Assembly: GCA_951406725.2 (NCBI GenBank)
Contig: OX597829.1
Location: 18,414,001-18,478,000, forward strand
Source: Octopus vulgaris
Lineage: Eukaryota
DNA length: 64,000 bases
Direction: 5' to 3'
The position numbers and the translations under genes are program-made. Every line of letters begins with the position of its first letter. Position 1 is the first letter of the stretch. The notes under the pieces are model-generated. The model saw only the letters and a list, made by a program, of their open reading frames with translations, made no database searches and had not been told where the DNA came from. Shown here piece by piece: positions 1 through 12,758 of this stretch.

Positions 1-272
1 CCACTGCATAGTGCCAAGGACTCCAAATTTGCCATCAAGATGTAGAACAAGATACTGTCCCAGATGAACCTACTTCACGCCAGGAGGTGCAGATGAGGGC
101 AGCTGCATCGAACTTTCTCATGCACCAAATGGCAATTGCTAAAAAGCATTCGCGAAGTAAAATCATGTAGCAACACCAAATGGTGGTGCCCCAGCATGGC
201 CACAGCTTGTGAGCTGAAACTAGATTAAAAAAAAAAAATTATAATATTGACATCATAGTTCACATGGTAAAT

Positions 273-675
<403 letters not shown>

Positions 676-958
676 CATGAAATTAGCATAGCTTATTTCA
701 CTCTTTTGATGGAACCCCTATGAACCTTTTGTAGAACCCTAGGGTTCTGGGCAACCCCAGTTGACAAACGCTTCATACACCCAATGCCTGTGCATTTTTC
801 AAAGACTCTAAAACAATTAGTTCCCATTTAATTGCTTTGCTATGACCATATTGCATTTATCAAAACACTACAAACAAGAAATCCAGTATAAATTTCATAG
901 AAATCTTTGATTTCAACATACTTGGAAGCATTACTAGTACTTAGTTTGTCTTCTAAAG

Positions 959-1127
959 ATTCTGTTCAAAGAATCAAAAGATGAAGATCTTGATTTGCCA
1001 TCCTAGATATCAGTTTTCCACCTTCACCTCATTGGCTGGAAACAATTTAGAAGGAGAGGAAGGTTTAACTGAGGTCAGAGCTGAAAGCGCAGACTAGACA
1101 AGGCTGACAAGAACATCAGAAGTATCT
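959..1127. repeat. Unclassified ~165-bp repeat, copy 1 (copy 2 at 5761-5925, partial copy ~1478-1522)
   Basis: TCTGTTCAAAGAATCAAAAGATGAAGATCTTGATTTGCC...CAAGAACATCAGAAGT recurs nearly identically at 5761-5925. Confidence 0.85.
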
Positions 1128-1244
1128 TTGTGTTGAATGACATTAGGGGCCATAGCAGCAGTTATAGTATGTATTTGGTAATCATGTACATGTGTGCACG
1201 TATGTAAGAGTGTATGTGTGCAGGTTTGTGTTTGTGTGTGTACA

Positions 1245-1310
1245 ATACATACATACATAGACAGACAGACAGACAGATAGATAGATATATATATATAGAT
1301 AGATAGATAA

Positions 1311-1353
<43 letters not shown>

Positions 1354-1567
1354 GATTGATAGATAGATAGATATAGATATAGATATACATACATATATAT
1401 ATATATAATGTATATAGATATGCACACACATATGTATACACACACACATACACACATGTATATATATAACTGAATATGGAACTGAAAGCACAGACCAGAC
1501 AAGGCAATCAAGAACATTGGAATCCTCTTTCTGTATGTGTGTGTATATACATATACGCACACACACA

Positions 1568-1617
<50 letters not shown>

Positions 1618-1650
1618 GACACACACACACAGACACACACACACACACGC
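1245..1650. repeat. (GACA)n/(GATA)n/(CA)n compound microsatellite
   Basis: Seen directly. Confidence 0.9.
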
Positions 1651-2164
1651 ATGTATACATGTGTCACATCTGAAATCTTTCTCTTTCTTTCTCTTTCTTT
1701 CTCACACTCCCTTCTTTCTCTCATGCATCAAATCCTTTTTAATCTCCAGACACCCCAGACACTATTCTTAATTCTACAGTTATTTTTTGCCCCCCTTTTT
1801 CCCTTAAGCACTTCTCTCATAATCCGGGGCCACAAAACACAATTCACATGCTAATTTCATCTCATCCCCAGTTTTGTTTTTTTTGTGTGTTATTTATTTA
1901 TTGTTTTGCAGCTTCCCCCCCCCCAGCCACCGCCTTCACCATCATCATCTTTCTCACAACCCTTTACCCTCCATATACCACAATTAACCATTGATACTGC
2001 CATTCTCCCTCCCATCCCATCCCCATGCTAACCCCCCCCCCCCCCCAGACTTCTGTCTCTTAAAAACACCACCAAAATCATCTTTGCCCCCACTCACCCT
2101 CCACCCTGCTGCCCCACCCCAGTCTTAATCATGTTCACCACCACAGCTTTTGCTTGTGACCAAT

Positions 2165-2634
2165 AACCACCAAAACCACCACCACCACCACCACCACCAC
2201 TACCACTACCACTACCACTACCACTACCACAGCTAAAGCCACTGACACCACCACTAACAACAGCAACAGTAACATTTCTTGTTTTCTCCCATTTCACCAC
2301 TGGCCAACAACAAAACCCTACCACCACTACCACCACCACCATCACCATCACCACCACCACCACCACCACCACCACCACCACCACCACCACCACCACCACC
2401 ACCACCACCACCACCACCCACCACCACCTCTACCACCACCACCACTACCACCACTACCACCACCACCACCACCACCACCACCACCACCACCACCACCACC
2501 ACCACCACCACCACCACCACCACCACCACCACCACCACCACCACCACCACCACCATCACCACAACTACCACCACCACCACCACCACCACCACCACCATTA
2601 CTTCTTCTACTTCACCTCTTACACACCACCCTAG

Positions 2635-2710
<76 letters not shown>
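2165..2710. repeat. (CAC)n then (TA)n microsatellite
   Basis: Seen directly; source of the poly-P/T/V/G ORFs. Confidence 0.95.
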
Positions 2711-2713
<3 letters not shown>

Positions 2714-3014
2714 CATATATATATCTTCTTTCTTGTACCCTTGATTCATTATTTTTTGTGTGTGTTGTGTCCAGACATTACATACAATAGTCTCTGACGA
2801 AATTTTTCCTTTTTTTCTCTCAATTTCTCCATTTCTGTTAAATGTATGGCTGTGTCCTACCACAATGCATGAATGCAACCAAACGGTAAAAGATGCAGCG
2901 TGCAGATGCACACTCTTAAATTCGGTTGTCTGCAATAAAACTTTAATACCAAACTAAGGAAAAAAAAACAGCAACAATAACAAGAACAACAACAACAACA
3001 ACAACAACAAAATG

Positions 3015-3045
<31 letters not shown>

Positions 3046-3540
3046 CAGGAGGAAGGAAAACAATGAAAAAGAAAGAATAAAAAATGGTTTCTAAAAAAAA
3101 ATGGTAACATACAAAAGAAAAAAAAATATGCATTTCAACAGAAAACAGAAAAAAATATTGAAGAAAGGAAAAGAGAGAAAGAGAAATTGAAAAAGAAAGA
3201 GAATAAGGCTTTAAAAATGGAAAGAAAAGGAATGGGGGGGGGGAAATGTGGTTAGAAAATGGAGTAAAATAATAGAAATAGTCAAAAAATATCAAGTAAG
3301 ATTTGGTGATCACATGACCTTTGCTGCTGCCAACAGCAGTATCCTTCTGTTTTCAATCGTCCCTTGGTCTTTGTTGCTGCATAAAATGTATAGATAAGAA
3401 TAATGTAACACGAAGATGGAGGATGTGAAGCTTTGAGAGTAGACCATCGCAGCATTTGTTTCAGCAGTGTATATATATATATATATATATATACCAGCTT
3501 TAAGTTGCTGAGTTTAATATTCATATACCACTACAGGAGG

Positions 3541-3555
3541 TCATTCATCATCATT

Positions 3556-3604
<49 letters not shown>

Positions 3605-3914
3605 ACATCGTCATTGTCATCTCGTCGTCGTCACCACCACCACCACCACCACCACCATCACCACCACAACCACCGCCACCATCACCATCACCATCACCAT
3701 CATCGCCATCACCACCATCATCATTGCCATCATCATCATCATCACCACCATCACCACCACCATCATCACCATCATCACCATCACCACCATCATCATTATC
3801 ACCATCACCATCACCATCACCACCACCACCACCACCACCACCACCACCACCATCATCACCACCACCACCATCATCATCACCACCACCACCACCACCACCA
3901 TCACCACCACCACC

Positions 3915-3946
<32 letters not shown>

Positions 3947-4300
3947 TGTTTGATGTCCATTTTCCATGCTGGCATGAGTTGGATAGTTTGACAGGAGCTG
4001 GCCAGCTGCAGAGCTGTCCAGACTCCAGTTGTCTGTTTAGACATGGTCTCTGTGGCCAGAGGTCCTTCCTAACACCAACCACTTTACAGACACTCTGGGA
4101 TACTTTTTACATTTCACCAGCAATAGACTGCCTGTATGTATGGATGGCCACAATTTTACAGCAAATCACCTCAAGTCCCAGCCTCTTATCATTTCTTCGG
4201 TAAGGTCCAGCATCTGAAAGTCCTTTCTCACCACTTCAACCCATGTCTTCCTGGGTCTACCCTTTCTACAAGTTCCCTCCACATTTAGAGATTGGCATTT
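3541..4300 (-). mobile_element. RTE LINE 3' fragment with expanded (GAT/GGT)n tail
   Basis: Minus strand of ~4220-4298 translates CQSLNVEGTCRKGRPRKTWVEVVRKDF, like the C-terminus of the 12754-15093 ORF; decayed 3'UTR at 3945-4200; (CAT/CAC)n at 3541-3945. Confidence 0.75.
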
Positions 4301-4487
4301 ATTTTTTTTACCACACTTTTCTTGTTTTCTCCCATTTCACCAGGAAATGGTGAGGAAAGATCAACACAGGAATGGGAAACAGTGTTCTGTATTTGAAAAG
4401 TCGAATGTTTATCAACAACAACCATGTGTGAGCACTTCATTGGGTGGAATACCCTTTATCCTCCTGTTGCTTTATTTTTATATTATA

Positions 4488-4630
4488 AAACGTTGAGGAA
4501 ACAGGTGGAAGAGGAGATTAGGAGGGTTGGCTTGAGGAGGAAGGACGCCCAAAACTGGGTGAGATAGACAGATGGTGTAAGAGTGAGGTAGATCCAGCCA
4601 CCCCTAAACCTGGATTTAAAATATTAGACA
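4488..4630 (+). mobile_element. 3' end fragment of another RTE-like LINE family
   Basis: Translates KTLRKQVEEEIRRVGLRRKDAQNWVR*TDGVR, resembling RTE C-termini. Confidence 0.45.
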
Positions 4631-4794
4631 TTGACTTATGCATAAAGGAGTTCTACATGTGTATTAAATCCTTGAAAATATCCTACTGTAGAATGGCATG
4701 TGGTAACCAAATAATGTCATAAGAGCTCTTGAATGCATCTTACAATGTTTTTACCAGCATTATACAATATATATATATATGTATATATATATGT

Positions 4795-4982
4795 GCATGT
4801 GGCACGTAAAAAGCACCCACTACACTCACGGAGTGGTTGGCATTAGGAAGGGCATCCAGCCGTAGAAACACTGCCAAATCTGACTGGGCCTGATGAAGCT
4901 TTCCGGCTTCACAGACCCCAGTTAAACCGTCCAACCCATGCTAGCATGGAAAACAGACGCTAAATGATGATGATGATGATGA

Positions 4983-4986
<4 letters not shown>
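4795..4986 (+). mobile_element. RTE 3'UTR/tail copy
   Basis: GGCACGTAAAAAGCACCCACTACACTC...GGAAGGGCATCCAGC...(GAT)n. Confidence 0.85.
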
Positions 4987-5028
<42 letters not shown>

Positions 5029-5031
<3 letters not shown>

Positions 5032-5432
5032 TGCAGGAGTGGCTGTGTGGTAAGTAGCTTGCTTACCAACCACATGGTTTCGGGCTCAGTTCCACTGCAT
5101 GGTACCTTGGGCAAGTGCGTTCTACAATAGCCTCAGGCCCACAAAAGCCTTGTGAGTGGATTTGGTAGACAGAAACTGAAAGAAGCCCGTCGTATATATG
5201 TATATATATATGCATGTGTGTGTATGTGTTTGTGTGTGTATGTGTTTGTGTGTGTATGTGTTTGTCCCTCCAGCATCGCTTGTCAACCGATGCTGGTGTG
5301 CTTACGTCCCCATGACTTAGTGGTTCGGCAAAAGAGTCCGATAGTATAAGAACTAGGCTTACAAAGAATAAGTCCTGGGGTCGATTTGCTCGACTAAAGG
5401 CTGCAGTCAAATGACTGAAACAAGTAAAAGTA
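5029..5432 (+). mobile_element. tRNA-derived SINE, family A (CORE-like), full length
   Basis: A-box-like TGGCTGTGTGG, B-box-like GGCTCAGTTCC, ACCTTGGGCAAGTG core-like motif, tail ...CAAATGACTGAAACAAGTAAAAG; more than 12 copies in window. Confidence 0.8.
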
Positions 5433-5647
5433 AAATAGTATATACATATCTTTATTTTTCCCACTTATGAAGGGTAATTAAATTTATGCAAATTTTTACC
5501 TTCGCTTCTGCGAATTTATGAATTCTTTGTAATTTATGAATTCAAAATAATCCAACTTAAAATTATTGTTTGGCACCAATGAAAAGAAGAATTACTTGAT
5601 TTCATCCCGCTCCAACAATAGAGCCATATAAATATCTTTATGTTATT

Positions 5648-6198
5648 CTTTTATTATTTTATTTGTTTTAGTCATTTGACTGCAGCCATGCTGGAGCACT
5701 GCCTTTAGTCGAACAAATCGACCCCAGGACTTATTCTTTGTAAGCCTAGTACTTATTCTATCTGTTCAAGGAATCAAATGATGAAGATCTTGATTTGCCA
5801 TCCTCCACACCCAGTTTTCCACCTTCACCTCATTGGCTGGAAACAATTTAGAAGGAGAGGAAAGTTTAACTGAGGCCAGAGCTGAAAGCGCAGACTAGAC
5901 AAGGCCGACAAGAACATCAGAAGTCTCTATCTGTCTTTTTTTTGCTGAACCGCTAAGTTATAGGGATGTAAACACACCAACATCAGGAGGACAAACACAG
6001 ACATACAAACATAAACATATTTATATATATATATATGACAGGTTCTTTCAGTTTCCATCTACCAAATCCGCTCACAAGGGTTTTGTTGGTCTGAGGCTTA
6101 GTAGAAAACACTTGCCCAAGGTGTGATGCAGTAGGACTGAACCCAGAACTATGTGGCTGGTAAGCAAGCTACTTGCCACAAAGCCACTCCTGTGCCTG
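5648..6198 (-). mobile_element. SINE family A interrupted by the 165-bp repeat (5761-5925)
   Basis: Reverse-complement match to 5029-5432 on both sides of the insert. Confidence 0.8.
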
Positions 6199-6225
6199 TA
6201 TACATGTTACGAACATACATATATG

Positions 6226-6271
<46 letters not shown>

Positions 6272-6274
6272 TAA

Positions 6275-6881
6275 CCAGCCCACTTATGCATACCTTTTCC
6301 TTCTTTGGACACTAAAACTCTGCTTGCGATGACCTGTTGAGGCAAGTGAAATCAAAATCAAAATCAAATTCGATGACAGGCATCTGCGCTATTGGGGTGC
6401 AAAGACCACCATACGAGTATGATCATTGACAGAGCAGCTAACTGGCTTCCATGCCAGTGGCACATAAAAGGCACCATTCAAGTGTGATCATTCCCAGCAT
6501 TGCCTTACTGGCACTCAAGCCCCGTGCTAGTAGGGTATTAAGAGCATCATCCATGCATGGTCGTTGCCAGAGCGGCTAAAAGACACCATTCAAGCGTGAT
6601 CGTTACCAGCATCGCCTTACAGGCACCTGTGCCGGTGGCATGTGTAAAAGATTCGAGCGAGGTCGTTGCCAGTACCACCTGACTGGCCCCTGTGCCGATG
6701 GCATGTAATAGCACCCACTACACTCTTGGAGTGATTGGGATTAGGAAGGTCATCCAGCTGTAGAAACTCTGCCAGATCAAGATTGAAGCCTGGTGCAGCC
6801 ATCTGGTTCGCCAGTCCTCAGTCAATCGTCCAACCCATGCTAGTATGGAAAGCAGATGTTAAACGATGATGATGATGATGA
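6275..6881 (+). mobile_element. RTE 3'UTR copy with (GAT)n tail
   Basis: Similar to 15130-15690; modular GTGCCGGTGGCAC subrepeats; flanked by (TA)n. Confidence 0.8.
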
Positions 6882-7555
6882 TATATATAAATAAGTATAT
6901 GTATGTGTGTGTGTGTCTGTCTGTCTGTATATTATATGTGTATGACAAATGAACAAGAATTAGGCGATCATTATTCTACAACTGTTTCTGTCATAGATAA
7001 ATAACGCTTGTACCCAGAACTGATTGCCAGTCCAGCAACTTATATCTTCTACAGAACCATCTGGAGAAAATGTTTTTGCTCTGAGGGAAGTATATTGTGT
7101 GTGTTGAGGGAGGAGGTACACCCGGACATGTACACACACACACGCACACACACACACATACACACACACACAAACGCACACATGCATATACATGGATGGA
7201 TTGATGGCCAGACGGATGGACAAATAGAGAGACGGACGAAGGGAGGGAGGAGGGAGGGATGGATGGATGGATGGAAGAATGGAGAAATGGATGGATGGGT
7301 TTGGTGGATGAAAGAGTCAGTGAATGGATGGGCAGATGAATGGATGGATAGATGAGTACCAAAGTTTGTCTGACACCAAAGGTTTCCTCAGGAAACATTT
7401 GCTGTTACTGAACAACAGATTCCATAAAAAAAAAAAAAGAATTCTTTGAGCACCTTTCCAATGTTGAATCCAATACTCATTCTTCCATTTCATTAGTAAT
7501 GTATAGTGTGAAAGTGTGTTCATGCATGTGTGTATGCGTGCGTGCATGCGTGTGA

Positions 7556-7651
<96 letters not shown>

Positions 7652-8194
7652 ATGCTCACACTTGTATTTTCTTATCCTGACATCGCATATCATAAACAAA
7701 CATCATATATGTATTGATGCTTTTCTTCAAGAGCTTCTATCAACATATTTCTTCATACACATCATAGAAATGATTGTCGGTAATGTACAGTGCACTCATC
7801 AATCAAAGTTGGTTTTTTTTTTTTTCACTCCATTCTTATTCTTCTCGTCTTATACTATGAATTTTTTGAAATTCTTCTAAGTGTTATTTGGATTTACTCA
7901 TCATATATGAAGAATTACTTTGGATGTTAATTCTGTTTTAATTTATTGGTATCTGATTGTTTGATATAATTAACCAAATTCATTTAATACTGAGTGCTTT
8001 ATATATATCTACCTGGATTTATTATCTTTTTTACTTTCATTATTATTATTCTGTTGTGTCTGGGGAGAGTCATTCTCTTTTGGTGCCTTATAATTTAACA
8101 CACTCACTGGCAAAATTTCCACTTATTTCTTTTTTATTTTTCTAAAATTTTCATTGCATCTTGCAACCTTTTCAACATTATTATTATTATTATT

Positions 8195-8499
8195 CTGTGC
8201 CGGTGGCACATAAAAAGCACCATCCGAACGCGGCCGATGCCAGCACCGCCTTGACTGGCTTCCGTGCCGGTGGCACGTTAAAAGCACCAACCGATCGTGG
8301 CCGATGCCAGACTCCCCTGGCACCTGTGCTGGTGGCACGTAAAAAGCACCCACTACGCTTGCGGAGTGGTTGGCACTAGGAAGGGCATCCAGCTGTAGAA
8401 ACACTGCCAGATCAGTCTGGAGCCTGGTGCATCCCCTGGCTTCCCAGACCCCGGTCGAACCGTCCAACCCGTGCTAGCGTGGAAAACGGACGTTAAACA

Positions 8500-8530
<31 letters not shown>
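8195..8530 (+). mobile_element. RTE 3'UTR/tail copy
   Basis: Three GGTGGCAC(G/A)TAAAAAGCACC-like modules, GGAAGGGCATCCAGC, (GAT)n. Confidence 0.85.
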
Positions 8531-8576
<46 letters not shown>

Positions 8577-8589
8577 ATACTGTATATAT

Positions 8590-8900
8590 ATATATATATA
8601 TATATATAGCAAAGCAACAATAATAGGTGCAGCACTGACATCAAGGAGAGACACATTGGATGTACTGGGAATTCTTCCAAGAGGTCTGTTTCCAACCATA
8701 AATCCTCGTTCAAGGTCCCTGAAAAGAGATACTTATTGCTGGCCAGTTACATCTGGCAACTAAGAGATGACAGGATCCCACACTTGATCTCATGGAGAAT
8801 CCCAGGCCTGTACATCAATGGGACAAAATGCTGCAAGTTATGCGTAGCTGAACATGCGAGAAACCTAAAAGACTCGCTCCAGGAACTTTTCAGCACCTTC
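8590..8900 (+). mobile_element. Penelope-like element remnant (GIY-YIG endonuclease C-terminal region)
   Basis: LLASYIWQLRDDRIPHLISWRI..YINGTKCCKLCVAE..QELFST resembles the Penelope EN C-terminus (L..YIW.LK...I.W.I...C.LC..E...E.FS); frameshifted. Confidence 0.6.
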
Positions 8901-8911
8901 TTGTGTATATA

Positions 8912-9132
8912 TATTTCTTTACTGCCCACAAGGGATTAAACATAGAGGGGACAAACAAGGACAAAGGAATCACAATGACCCCAGTTGCAAAACTGGTACT
9001 TTATTTATCGACCTTGAAGGGATGAAAAGGATGAAAGTCGACCTCGGCGGAATTTGAACTCAGAACATAACGACAGACAAAATACCGCTAAACATTTTGC
9101 CCGGCGCGCTAACGTTTCTGCCAGCTCGCCAC
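8912..9132 (-). mobile_element. tRNA-derived SINE, family B
   Basis: Reverse of GGCGAGCTGGCAGAAACGTTAGC...GAGTTCAAATTCC...CATCCCTTCAAGGTCGATAA; flanking duplication CTTCTTGTGTATATAT. Confidence 0.8.
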
Positions 9133-9212
9133 TTCTTGTGTATATATGTTTGTGAGTGTGTATGTGTGTGTATATGTGTATGTGTGTGTGTGTGTGTTTT
9201 ATAGACATATAC

Positions 9213-9488
9213 AAAGCTCCACGAGGCTCCGGCAGGGGATGGTGGTGATCCCTGCTGTACTCTTTCACCACAACTTTCTCTCACTCTTACTTCCTGTTTC
9301 TGTTGTACCTGTATTTCAAGGGGCCGGCCTTGTCACTCTCTGTGTCACGCTGAATATCCCCCGAGAACTACGTTAAGGGTGCACGTGTCTGTGGAGTGCT
9401 CAGCCACTTACACGTTAATTTCACGAGCAGGCTGTTCCGTTGATTCGGATCAACCGGAACCCTCATCGTCGTGACCGACGGAGTGCTT
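9213..9488 (+). mobile_element. SINE family C 3' portion with a different 5' segment
   Basis: 9300-9488 is the reverse complement of the units at 59421-60698. Confidence 0.65.
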
Positions 9489-9784
9489 CTCTTCTATAAG
9501 ACATATACTTATGTTTACGTGTTTTTGTATGTGTATGTCTGTATGCATATATACATACATACATACATACATATATATATATAGAGAGAGACTGCCGCTG
9601 CATTATGGAAATGTTTCTGTAATGGGCGATTCTGTAACACAAAATTTATTTCCAATTTACACCTACATGACATGTATAAATGGTTGATATGAAAATCGAT
9701 TGGAAATGAGTTTTATATTACAGAATACCATGTTATTCCAAGATTATTAGGAATGCATAATTTCTGTAACATGTAAGAAGCATT

Positions 9785-10597
9785 GCGTGTGTGTGTGTGT
9801 GTGTGGTGTATATATGTGTGTGTGGTGTATACATGTGTGTGTGTGTGTGTGCTTGATGTATATGCATGTGAGTGTATGTATGTGTTCATATTCCAGTATA
9901 CATACATGCATAGATGCATACATTAAGAGAAAATATACAAGCGTATCCATATCCATGGATAATGTATACACACACAAACACATATATATATACATATGTG
10001 CACACATGAACATATATATGCATGTCGAAGTATGTAAACACATATATATGTATGTGCATGCACATATAAATGCGCATACATACCAACATACATACATACA
10101 TACATACATGCATGCATACATACATACATATACATATGTACACATGCATACATACAGTCATACATACATGTATACACACATGCATTAATGCAAACATACA
10201 TACGTACATGTGTACATGCATGCATTCATGCACACATACATACATGTATACATACATGTGTACATACATGCACACATACATATATACATACATACATGCA
10301 TGCATACATACATACGCACACACACACACATGCATACACACATACATAGAGACATACATACGTACGTACATACATACATACATACATACATACATACATA
10401 CATACATACATACATACATACATACATACACAAATACAATGCCCGTACAGACTTGAACAAATACATTTATAAAGACATGGATACATGCAAGCTCACATTC
10501 ACATGTTGAGAAATTTAATGAGAAAACATTCAAGAAGACAAAATCAAACGAAAGACTAAACAAGCACACGGCGTTTTGATACAACAACAAAAACAAT

Positions 10598-10628
<31 letters not shown>

Positions 10629-10906
10629 GCAGCAGCTGCAACAATAGCAGTAACCACAATAACCTTCAACATTACATGAAAATAAAAGAAGAAAACTATC
10701 TGAAGTTAAAAAATATGTGGGGTCAGGTTGACCTGGCCAATGGGTGCGCTATTTTCAACAAAGAAGATGATGATGTCAAAGAGTTTAAAGCTAAGACATG
10801 CAAATATCATCATCATCACCATCGCCATCGTTGCCATCATCATCATAATCGTCATCATCATCATCACAGCTGTGAGAAAAACCAAAAATATCTCTTATCT
10901 CTTACA

Positions 10907-10953
<47 letters not shown>

Positions 10954-10985
10954 AGAAAAAAGCATTATATATACATATATACATA

Positions 10986-11018
<33 letters not shown>

Positions 11019-11021
11019 CTG

Positions 11022-11101
<80 letters not shown>

Positions 11102-11203
11102 AATATATATGTGTGTGTGTGTGTATATATGTATCGATATATATATATATATATGTCGATATATATATATATATACATATATATATGTATATATGCGTGT
11201 ATA

Positions 11204-11297
<94 letters not shown>
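9785..11297. repeat. Compound (TG)n/(TACA)n/(CAA)n/(CAT)n/(TA)n microsatellite field
   Basis: Seen directly. Confidence 0.9.
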
Positions 11298-11301
<4 letters not shown>

Positions 11302-11692
11302 ATACAAACAAGAAAGCACAAAAAATACACAACGCGAGGACGTGGAACAAATATAGTATTATTGGAACAAAGTAGAGAAAGAAAGAAAGAAAGAAAGAAG
11401 GAAAGAAAGAAAGAAACTATCAGCACATAGGGACGAATTATTACGAGATAGGACTAAAAATGAAAAGATTATATTTTGGGAGACAATATCAACTGCTTAG
11501 CTCACGAAAAGAATCAACAAGCAGATTATTAAATAGATAATACATTTTAAGTGTCAGTGGCCAATGTAGTACGAGTGGTCAAGAAGTGAAATGAGAAATT
11601 CTTAGCTTATCTAGCTCAGGAAAGAAGTAAAGAAGGAGGGTTTAACGTTTCGAGCAGAGCTCTTCGTCAGAAACATAGAAGGAAAGATCCAG
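11298..11692 (-). mobile_element. Short non-coding Penelope-type element with minimal hammerhead motif, split by a ~250-bp insert
   Basis: 11298-11366 plus 11614-11692 match the reverse complement of the 15760-15916 part of the element at 15700-15920. Confidence 0.6.
11640..11674 (-). ncRNA. Minimal type I hammerhead ribozyme motif
   Basis: GTTT-CTGACGA-A-GAGC-TCT-GCTC-GAAA-C-GTT-AAAC: intact core, stem I GTTT/AAAC, stem II GAGC/GCTC, palindromic stem III AACGTT. Confidence 0.65.
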
Positions 11693-11789
11693 GTGTGTGC
11701 GTGTGTGTGTGTGTGTGAGTGTGTGTGTATGTGTGTGTGCGTGTATGTGTGTGTGAATGAATGTGTGTGTGTGAGTATGTGTATATGTT

Positions 11790-12009
11790 TGTGCATCTGT
11801 GTTTGTACCCCCAACCACCAACGTCGCTCGACAACCAATGCTGGTGTGCTTATGTCCCTCTAACTTAGCGGTTCAGCAAAAGCAACTGATTGAATAAGTA
11901 CTGGGCTTACAAAGTAAAGTCCTGGGGTCGATTTGCTTGACTAAAGGCAGTGCTCCAGCATGGCCACAGTCAAATGACTGAAACAAGTAAAAGGATAGAT
12001 AGATAGATG

Positions 12010-12068
<59 letters not shown>

Positions 12069-12069
12069 T

Positions 12070-12160
<91 letters not shown>

Positions 12161-12185
12161 GGATAGATAGATATAGATATAGATA
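11790..12185 (+). mobile_element. SINE family A 3' half followed by (GATA)n
   Basis: Match to 5260-5430; (GATA)n from ~11995. Confidence 0.8.
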
Positions 12186-12564
12186 TATACTATCTAATAG
12201 AGGCCAAAATATCTTCAGGAACTGTTACTCAGCTCATCGGATGGCTGTAATAATGCTAACTAATCTGTATTATCACAACTGTGTGATGAATAGTGACAGA
12301 AATTCTGTAAATACATTTTCTTTTCTTTTTGTTTGTAAATGGTTAATAACTTTCTTCAAACTTCATGGTTGTATTAAGTATTTTACACTACCTCTGGCAT
12401 TTGAGTACTATTTTTCTCACCCTGTTTTACACCTATGTGCCTACACCTGTCGGCGTACATAGAAAGATAGATACACAGTCAGACAGACAGACGGATGGAT
12501 GGACAGGTGGACAAACAGACAGACAGACAGACCGAAAGTTGGACAGATGGATGGACAGACAGAT

Positions 12565-12685
12565 GTAGAAACTTTGCCAGATCAGATTGGAGAATGGTTC
12601 AGCCTTCTGGCTTGCCAGCCCTCAGTCAAACCATCCAACCCATGCCAGCATGGAAAGCAGACAGACGTTAAATGATGATGATGAT
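12565..12685 (+). mobile_element. RTE 3' tail fragment
   Basis: GTAGAAACTTTGCCAGATCAG...CATGGAAAGCAGAC...(GAT)n. Confidence 0.75.
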
Positions 12686-12717
12686 TATATATATATGTGT
12701 GTGTATGTATATATGTA

Positions 12718-12753
<36 letters not shown>

Positions 12754-12758
<5 letters not shown>

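Noticed and set aside
705-775. hAT/Charlie-like MITE end (also 63670-63706)
   Set aside because: Only one terminus is visible and no 8-bp TSD was found
1005-1045. Minus-strand AGCCAATGAGGT..GAAAACT resembling U4 snRNA
   Set aside because: Only a 12-nt match; spacing, 5' end and Sm site do not fit U4
5029-5100. tRNA genes at SINE heads (families A, B, C)
   Set aside because: A/B boxes are present but there is no full cloverleaf, and they are always attached to SINE bodies
12697-12753. N-terminus and start codon of the 798-aa ORF
   Set aside because: Lies in a (TA)/(TG) microsatellite; the element is 5'-truncated and lacks its own start
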